From a virus (taxonomy: Duplodnaviria; Caudoviricetes): 26,789 bases of DNA. Numbering within the stretch: the first letter of the stretch is position 1; the number at the start of each line of letters is the position of its first letter. The position numbers were made by a program, and so were the translations under genes. The stretch spans positions 1 through 26,789 of IMG/VR virus record IMGVR_UViG_3300030099_004360. One strand, written 5' to 3'. Of the stretch, positions 1-9,500 are shown piece by piece. Under the pieces are notes generated by a model. That model saw only the letters and a list, made by a program, of their open reading frames with translations. It was not told the origin of the DNA and ran no database searches.

Positions 1-243
1 ATCAAAGTCATAATAATCAGTACCATCAACAACAACTGGTGGTTCATATATATTTCCGCTAGGATTAGTTCTTACAAAATAATCTTTAGGATTTTCTTTT
101 GGATTTTGTACATCGCCTGCTACATAAATACTACTGTATTTAAATATGTCTTCGTATATACTTTTAAATAAACCTTTTTTATCTTGAGCATTAGCAGAGA
201 CCGCAAATACCACCGCAAAGAGGACAGTTAAAATTTGTTTCAT
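1..243 (-). CDS. Secreted/envelope protein with Sec signal peptide, 3'-truncated by window edge (not in ORF track)
   Basis: ATG at 243-241 overlaps the TGA of the upstream ORF (ATGA coupling). The frame is open to position 1: MKQILTVLFAVVFAVSANA|QDKKGLFKSIYEDIFKYSSIYVAGDVQNPKENPKDYFVRTNPSGNIYEPPVVVDGTDYYDFD. Classic n/h/c signal peptide with an A-N-A cleavage site followed by Gln. Confidence 0.85.
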   Translation of the reverse strand, partial: MKQILTVLFAVVFAVSANAQDKKGLFKSIYEDIFKYSSIYVAGDVQNPKENPKDYFVRTNPSGNIYEPPVVVDGTDYYDFD

Positions 244-467
244 TGTTCATTTTTTCTTTTTTTACGTTTTTTTTGTTTTTTAATCCACTCGTTCTTTAAG
301 TAAACCTGCATAGTAATTTCTTTAGGTTCTACACAGTTGTTTGTTTTTGTTACTTTTACTCTATAAGTGTCTACTTTTTCTACTTTTACTTCTACACACT
401 TTTTTATTTCTTGTGTAAACGTAGTTGTAGATACTAATAATAATAAGATTAAAATAGTTTTTTTCAT
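240..467 (-). CDS. Small exported protein (75 aa), signal peptide and very basic C-terminus
   Basis: MKKTILILLLLVSTTTFT|QEIKK signal-peptide pattern, two Cys, C-terminal KKQKKRKKRK. A-rich leader (TATAAATAAAATG). Translationally coupled to the downstream gene. Confidence 0.75.
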   Translation of the reverse strand: MKKTILILLLLVSTTTFTQEIKKCVEVKVEKVDTYRVKVTKTNNCVEPKEITMQVYLKNEWIKKQKKRKKRKNEQ

Positions 468-526
468 TTTATTTATAATTTTTAAACATTAATTTATATA
501 ATAATTTATTCCAAGCTTCCTGTATT

Positions 527-3500
527 TTATCTACCAGAAGTTTTATTTTTTTCTTCATCTTTTTTCTTTTTGTCTTGTAGTGCTATTATTTTTTTGATTC
601 TATTTTTTTCGTATCTTAACTCTCTAATTTCTTTATTTGTTAGACCTAGGTCTAGTAACATTTTCTTTTGCTCTCTAGTATTAGTATTTTGCCTCATCTC
701 AATCTCTCTGTTCTCCATTTCACGCTCAGGACTTAATGGTTCGTTGCTGGGAACACCGTAGTATGGTAAACCAACATCCCAAGTACTCCAACCTAATGCT
801 AGTGCTATTTTCTGCCATTTTTCAGAATTATCACTAAGTATCATACGAGTGTTATTTATCTTTTGTAAAGCTCTATCAGCTGGTATATTAACACCTGCAG
901 ATATTAATTGAGCTGTAGCCAAGTAAGCTGGATTATTTAAGTTAAAACCTTCTTCTTGAATAGCTTGTCTTTCCCAACTAAATGTATTAGCTGCAGATAT
1001 TATTTTTCTGGCTTTAACATCAATCGGTGGTGAAAAATCAAGCAAGTCGTTAACGGCTTTTCTAAACTCTGGAGAATCTTTTTCATTTTCTCTAGCAATA
1101 GTAAACAAAGAATTTTTAAGCGCTATAGCTACTGATCCTTGATAACCTAAACCACCTAATAGTGAGTCAACCATGCCGTTTGCAGTTCTAGCTCCTTTTT
1201 CTGTACCATCTCCATCTTCATCAAATGCTTCTGTCCAAATAGCGTTTTGTAATCCATTAAATAATAAGTTTTGAGCAGCGCCATAGTATGCTATTTTAGA
1301 AACATTTGTTTTCCAATCACCTCTACCGTTGACCAAGTCTTGTGTAGATCTTTTTATTATACGAGCATACTGCATTGGTGTGTTTTTAAAGGCTAGTATT
1401 AATCTACCACCTCCACTTGCTTGTTGCTGGCTAATTCTCATAGGACTACTAGACTGCTGGTTTTCTTCTGATACTTTTCTAAAATCATCAAAGGCTTTTC
1501 GCTGAGCTTCTTCAGTACTTAAACCTTGTTTTTCGTAAGTCATTATTCTGTTTCTATAAAAAGTAGCGCCACCACTTGCAATTGCAAAACTATCAGCTCC
1601 TCTAGTCAAAACAAAACCTTTATTTAATAAATATGCTATAGCTCCTTTAGCCCCATCTTTTTTAGCTGCATCTGCTATTTCTGATTCAGTTACGTTTATT
1701 TGAAGACCTTCTCTTCTATTAACTAAATAATCTGAATTAAACAATGTTGAAAAATCTTTCCAATATTGTTTTTGATTAGCAAAAGCTTTACCAGCTGCAT
1801 ATGGATTATTATCACCCCAATTTAAATAATTTACCGCAGATATTGTTTGAAGAGTCGCTGATCTGGTATTTAAAAACATTGTAGCTCCAACAGAACCATT
1901 AACCCAATCAAGCATATTGTTAATAGTTCTAGATCCACCAATAGGTTTATTGTTACCGCTTTTCATACGTCTTAGCATATCATCTAAAGCTTCAATATAT
2001 TTATCGCCAAAAGCATATCTAAGTTTTCTTTTATTTTCTGGAGAGAATATAATATCTACGTTTTCTTGCCACTCTTGTAAATACTCTTTTCTATTTACTT
2101 TATTTATTTCACTCATTATATCTGTTGTCAAAGTACCAGCAACCCAGTTTTTATCTGGTTTAGGATATTGTTTACCCTTTTGCATCTTTATAACTTCTTG
2201 AACAAAAATATTAAGATCTGAATTATCTCTAACAAACTTATTTAGTTCTTTTGCATCTCTTTTAGATAAACCAGGTATTTCCATACCTTGCTGTGTCCAT
2301 ATAGCAACACGAGCAGCGTCACCAAAACTAAAACCACCTATACCAGTTTCTTTATTCATTGATTTAGGTAAATTAGTTAACCTGCTTTTAAGCTCTTTAA
2401 AATCAGAAGAAGCTGCTATTTTAGCAGATTCAATTTTTCTTTCAGCTAAATTAAATGGATCAATTAAATTTTCTTGATAAAACTGAAACATATTTTCACC
2501 TGCTTTACCTTTTGGTAATGTTGCATATAATAATCCTTGAAAGTCTTCTGCTGAATAACCCATGAAAAAGTTTTTAAACATATTCATGTTTTTACGTCTA
2601 CCCATTGTTTGAGCCCTAGCTTCAGATATTTGCCAGTCAGCACCTACTTTATTGCCAAGCTCTGTTGTTCTAAGCTCTAAATTCTGATTAAATATATCAT
2701 TAAAATCTTTAGGTTTAGAACTTAATCTAGCTTGAACAGGTCCATCAATTTGTAATACATCTATAACACCTTGTACAGCTTTAACATTTGGTAATATATC
2801 ATCTGCGAATAGAAAATCATTATAACCTTCCGCGCCTTTATTTATAAACCAATTTGCTTTTGCAGCTGGTGTACCATTTCCTAAGCCTATAATATTTTCT
2901 ACTGGTATGTCTATACCTTTTGACTTTAACCAAGCTTGCATTGGAGCAGCAAACTCTTTTGGCCTAGCGCTTAATACAAACATGTTTTCACCACCGTGTT
3001 GTTTATACTGCTCTAAGTATCTTTTAAACGCAGGTCCTTCTTCACCACCTTTTATTGTCATAAAATCATCAAAGTTAAACTTAGCACCCTGTGACTCTAA
3101 TTCTTTAGCTTGAGAGCCAAATTCACTTGGATCTAGTTCAAATTTTGTACCGTCAGGCATTTCTACTTTTACTTTACTTTTTGTAACAACTAATGTTTCG
3201 TCAGCATCAAATGCTGTTAAAGATTTTTTTTCTTTATTAAGTTTTCTAGCGTTTCTAGCGGCAGCATCTGTTTGAGCTAAGTGATATACTAAACCTTCTA
3301 CTGTATCTAAATTAGGAGATTTACCACCTACATATTGATTTTTTTGTTTACTTAAACTTGCGTTTACGCTAGGTTCTAGTAACATAAAAGCATCCATTTG
3401 TTGCTTAGCTTGTGTTCTAGTTAAAAACAATGGATTATCTTCGTTTAATATACCAGATTCAGATTCAATAACTCTTTGTATTAATCTACCTTGCTCGCTA

Positions 3501-6500
3501 ATAACAATAGGGTTATCAAAAAACTTTGGCTTTACGGCTACATTGTAATCTTCAGCATCAGTTCTGTATTCCCATTTTTTAGTTGTTTCATTATAATATT
3601 CTCTACCTACTTTATTAGAATTAGCAGCAAGATACTCATTATAATATCTATATCTTGGATCTGGTAATTTACTAAAATCACCTGTTTCTAAAGCTTCTTT
3701 TAAACGAGCTTCAAACTTAGGATGCATACCATCAGATGGACCATATCCTTCAATTGTTTCACCAGTATATCTATTAACAGTTATAGTGCCTTGATCAATT
3801 ATATTTTTAGTTTCTTTACTAACTTTTATTTGATAATAATTTTCTTTAGCCCACTTTTTAAAACCTTCATAAACTTTATCGCTACCACTTATAGCCCTAG
3901 CAAAAGCGTCAGCAAAGTTACCGTACTGAAAAACATGTTCTTCTCTACCTTTAACTCCAGGTCCAACACCTTTTTCTGCGCCCAACACAGTAGCAAAACC
4001 TCTAAAAGGATGATTTGTTGCATTACCAGTATAAATCAAGCTAATTAAAGCTCCAAGTTTATCAGGATTTTCTTTGTATATTTCTCTAAACTTATCAAAT
4101 ATTAATTCTTTACCTTCTTGAATATCTTCATATTCTCTTTTATTTTGCTCTAATTTACCTAGTGTTTGGGTTTTTAGAGCTAAAGCCATTTTTCTACCTT
4201 CTTCAGCAACAGCTTCTTCTGCTTGCTCTCTAGTATATTTCTTTTTAGTATTCGGGTTTATTTGATTTTCGTAAGCTTTTATTCTATTCTCTGTAATCTC
4301 TCTATCAATGATTTCGTTTTCAACCTCTTTGTTTAGCTCTACTAATTGTAATATTTCACCTTTTTGCTGAGCTTCTAAAAAATTCTTGTATTCCGGAGTA
4401 TAGTTTTCTTCAGTTTTAGGTTTTCCTTCAATATATTTGCCATATTTCTTTTCAATAGCTTCTAAAGTACCTGATTTATCACTTACACCAACCATTTTTC
4501 CACCTGTACCACTAGCTCTAGTTGGAACTCTCATACCGCCAGCTCCTAACCATTTTACTATTTGAGGAGTTAAATCACCAAACTTATCTACTAATTGATT
4601 TAATGTAAGTTCTCTATACATCTTAACTCTTTCTTTAGAGTCAGTTGGTAGTGGTGGCAATCCTTTTTCAGCTAAATATTCATTAAAGCTAGTTTCAAAT
4701 GTTTTTTTGCTAGCAGCTAAAGATCCGTATGGTGCTTCTATAATTTCTTCTGCAGCTACTGTTTCTTTTGGTTTGCTATATACCCCACCCATTTGAAGTC
4801 TTTCACCCTGCGTACTAGTTCTTTCAAGTATATTGTTACGCATATGCATGTCAGTAGCAAACTTTATACTAGCTTGTAAATCACCTCTATATATAGGTTT
4901 ACGTTTACCATTTTTGCCTACAGCATTAAACTCTATACCGTTTACTGTAACATTTTTACCTTGTAATATATCTCTATAATCTTTTAATGTACCTACAAGA
5001 TTACCTTCAGCATCATACATTGCTTTACCAAACTTATTTTGATAAACACCAGTACCTCTTCCAAGCATGTCTACTGTTTTAGGTAGTCTAGCAAAATCGG
5101 AAGCTGAATTATCGATTAAAAACTGTCTAAGTCTAATTAATGCTTTTTCATCTTTTTTAGGAAAGTTTCTCGCCTTTTCTGTAAGACCAGCAACTGTTTC
5201 AATACCAAACATATTAGCATAAAGCTTAGCAAGCTCTTCAGGAACTTTAGTGTCTTTAAACTTACTTACGTCTACACCTTCAAAATTTCTTTCAATTACT
5301 TCTGTAATATGTTCGTTTATTATTTCTGTATCAGATTTACCTTCGCCTCTTTTCTGCTCTATAATCTCTTGAGCAATACCTAAAGTACCTAAAGCTTCTG
5401 GCTTATATATTGTTGTTGATGTAGGTGGTTTTGCAAGTCCTTTATTATCAGTAGGTCTTTCTTCTGTCAACACCATTTCTTCAGTTTCTACAACTTCTTT
5501 ACCTTGTTCTCTTCTTTGATCAGCACTATCAGTAATTGTTTCTTTTTCTAGTGTTTTATAAAACTTTTCAGCTTTAGGCCTAATGTTTGAATAAAAGAAA
5601 GTACTAAAATTAATACCTCTATCTGGATTAAATCTTCTTAATATACCTGTAAAATACTGTTGAGCATCACTTTCAAACTCTTCTTGTGTTTTAGTACCTT
5701 TTTTAACATCAAACTTCCACGCATCAGCTGTCATTGTAAACATTTGATCTAATAAATTTTTAGGTATATTAGTTTGACTGTTTATAGTAGGGTTGTTTTC
5801 TTTAAACTCTAATATTAATTCATTAGCATTTTTCTTAGCAGATCTTGATGTTTCTACAGGGATAACACTGACATCTTCGCCTCTTGCTTTAGCAGCGTCT
5901 CTAGCATACTGTTCAGCTTGTATGATTGAGTTTTCTTTACCTTGAGCAAAACCGCTAATCATGTCAAATATTTGCTTACCAGTAACAGTTTCTGGATCAA
6001 TATTTTCTAATCCTTTTTCTTTTAAGAAAGGTACAAATCCTTTTAATTTTTCACCAAACTCTTCTGTAAATGTTATTCTTTTACTCTTTATTAGTTCTGA
6101 TAAAACAGATAAGTTTTCTTCATACCACTCATTTTTTGGTCTTTTAGTATCATATCTAGAGCTAACTTCTGCATCTAAAACAGCTCGCTGATTATCTGAT
6201 AGTTGAGATAAAGCATCATCTATAAGTTTAATACCTTCTTCAGTTACTTTATTATTATTATCTTTTAAAGAATATAATAAAACCTTATGAATATCTTCGT
6301 GGTTTTTACTAGTAAAATCTTTAATCTTAGTAGCAACTTCTAAGTTTACAAAAGCTTCACCTGTTTTTGGATTTATAACTGCTATTTCTTCTTTAACATT
6401 TTGAGCTTTTACTTCACCTGCTTCAACCCATTTATTAAAACTATCTTGAAACTCTTGCTTTGAGGTTTTAGGAGTCGTTTTACCACCAGGTAAATCATAT

Positions 6501-9500
6501 TCCATGGCTAACTCTTCTGTTAATAATTCTAAGTTTTCTTTTTTAATTTTGCTTTGTAAAGCCTCATATGTTGTACCACCTTTAGAATATCTAAATACTT
6601 CTAATTTTAAAGCATCTAATTCGCTTTTTATATCTATTTTTTCGCTTTCACTAAGACCTTCACCTTTTAATTGATTTTCTAAGGTTTTTAATTGATCGTT
6701 AAGCTCTTCTCTTTTCATTAAAAAGTTATAAGCTTCTTTTCTTGTCTTAGGATTTGAAGTATAAAATTCACCTTGAGCTGTAAAGTTGACTCCATTTTCC
6801 ATATAAAAAGCACCACCACCATTTAGTTGATGCTGTATATATCTATTGCGTAGTAAATAATTTTTTAATATATTATAAGCTGGTGTTCCGGCTTCTATAC
6901 CTAATCTTTCAGCAACTAATCTAGTTGGAGTTCCTGGTTGACCGAGTATATCTGATTCTGTTTCAGTTAATTTTGAACCAGCTTTTATTTTGTTTGATAT
7001 TATAAAAAGTTGATCGTCTGTTATTAACTTGCCATCTGGCTTTTTTCTATTTTCTTTTATAATATCTGATACTTCATTAAGAGCTAATTGATTTTTTACT
7101 CTTTGAGTATTAGTTAGTATTTCGTTAAAAGCATCTTCATATTCTTTTGAATCCATGCTTCCTTTTTTCTTTTTTAACTCTTCTAATGCTTTTGTTTGAG
7201 CATCAATAACTTTTTCATAAGAGTCTGCTTTAGGATCTTTTATAATATTGTTATCTATTCCTAATGATTTTGCGGCGTCTTTAGAGTCTTTTGTTAATCT
7301 ACCTTTATTACTTATTCTAACATAACTATTTTGGAAGGCATATGCCACGTTTTCCATGCCTTTAACACCTTTACCAACCCTACCCATTATCATCATTTTA
7401 AGAGTTTCCTCTACATGCTTTTCAAATAAGTTTGAACCTTCTGCTTCTAGACTTTCTAAATAATTACCAGTGTCTAAAACAAAAGAGCTAAACGCGCTAC
7501 CTGTTTGATATGCAAATGCCCCTGCTTGAGCCTCACCAGATCTTGTAATGAATTTGCCAGCTGTAGGATCTTTCATTAAACGCTGCATTATAGGTGTATA
7601 ACCAGCTACATATCTAGTATTAAGAAAATTTGAAAAACCTTTAAATAGAGCTTGACCAAAAGGCATAGAAGCACCAAATATAGCAGAGTCTAAAGCGCTG
7701 TCATCTTTTTCACCGTATAATTTTGTTGTCATTGCAAAGTCTGAGGCCTCGCCTATAGACTTAGCTGTTAAATCTATAGCTGTTTTAGCCCAAGGACTTC
7801 TAGCATAAATACCAGATCTTGCGCCAATGTCTTGAAAAAGCTTTGTAGCTCTTTGCCCATTAACAGGTGTTACTTTTCTAGTTAAACCTAGTTGAGCTAA
7901 AAATCCTCCAAAAACAACTAAACCTCTACTTACCTTGTTTCCAAAACCTTTATCTAATTGATCTGTTATTTCTTCTGGACTTACATCAAAACCTATATCG
8001 TTTAAAGCATCGGCAAATAAATTTTTTCTTTCATTTATAGTAACTATATTATCACCAAACATATTCATAGCTTCATCAACAACTTCCGCTGCTTCCATAG
8101 AGCTCTTCATAAATATAGGATTTCTATTTAATTGCATTGCTTGATTAAAAACAACATAGCCATTTAAAGCCTCGTTATACGCGGCTGCTAATGGATGTGA
8201 TGAAGGTATTTCTTTTAAACCAGCTGGTATTTCACCTGTGTTTATAAACTCAGTAATTTTTTCTATAAGACCTTTTGGTAATAAACCATTTTGAGATCTT
8301 ATATTACCAACTGGATATGTAAAATCAATGTCACCTGTATTCCAATCAGGGTGACTTTCCATCAATTTTTGATATTCATCAGGCGCATACATACCACTTT
8401 GACTTGTGTAAAAATCATCTGTATATCCTGTTATATTACCATCTTCATCTCTAATTACACCAGGAACAACACCAGGTATAGTAGAAACACTATCTGCACC
8501 TGTAAACCCTGTTCTACCTTGACCAAGCTTATTGTTTAATTCTCTAACGTCTTTAGATAATGTTAAAAGTTTATAGTACTGGCTTTCTAATCCTAATTCA
8601 AGATCTTCATATTCAGTAGTTATAGCTAATTCTTCTGATTTTTCATAATTAACTAAATCTTTAGTTGTAGCTTTATCTATACCTATAACTTCACCTGTAG
8701 CAGTATCGTATAGTTTAGTACCATAATTTCTTTCCTTAGCTAATTGCTCAATTTTTTTACCTAATGCTTCTTTTTCATCATTATTATCACCCATAGAATT
8801 ATAAAGATCATTAAGTCTTTTAAATTCTAATCCATCTTCGTCTAAATATCTTTCACCCCAATTAAATATTTGATCATAATCCCAGTTCCATTTATCTTTA
8901 ACTTCTTGCATTCCAGTAAAAATACGTCTACCTTGAAGATCAGGTAGGTTTACAGGAGCAATACCTTTAAAAATATCTAGGCCATAAGCACTTTCGCCTT
9001 CTTCTAATCCAGCAATATATTTATCTTTTATTTTTTGCTGTGCTTTAGGATCATTTGTAAACATCCAAGTAGTTTGGTTGTTTCTATTTTCACCCATAGC
9101 AAAATGAGCTGGTTTTTTTAACTCATCATTTAAATAATTATCTATAGCTAATTCTCTACCACCTAAAACAATAGGTTTATTTAAATCATACGTGTTTTCA
9201 TTTGGACCACCTAAATCTTGAGTATAAGTATTGTTAGATTCAGCCCATGTTCTTAGTTTTCTAAGACCGCTTTTATCATATTCATCATTCATGTTTGTCC
9301 ACACATCAATGCCTAGATGCTCACCCATTTCTGCGGGATTATAAGGATTATTAGCTACTAGTTCTATTTCTTCTAACTCAACTTGTTCAGCTTCTTGTTC
9401 TTTTTGATTCTTTAATAATTGTCTTTCAGTAAAATTTACTCTATCTTGTATTGCGCTTAAACTAAAGTCAATAGGCTTAAATGAGTTGCTTAAGTTTAAT

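Noticed and set aside
1208-1222. DEDGD (DxDxD) in the giant protein as a possible RNA polymerase active site
   Set aside because: It sits in a short acidic loop between hydrophobic helices near the C-terminus, without the (N/G)xDFDxD context or surrounding beta-barrel sequence.
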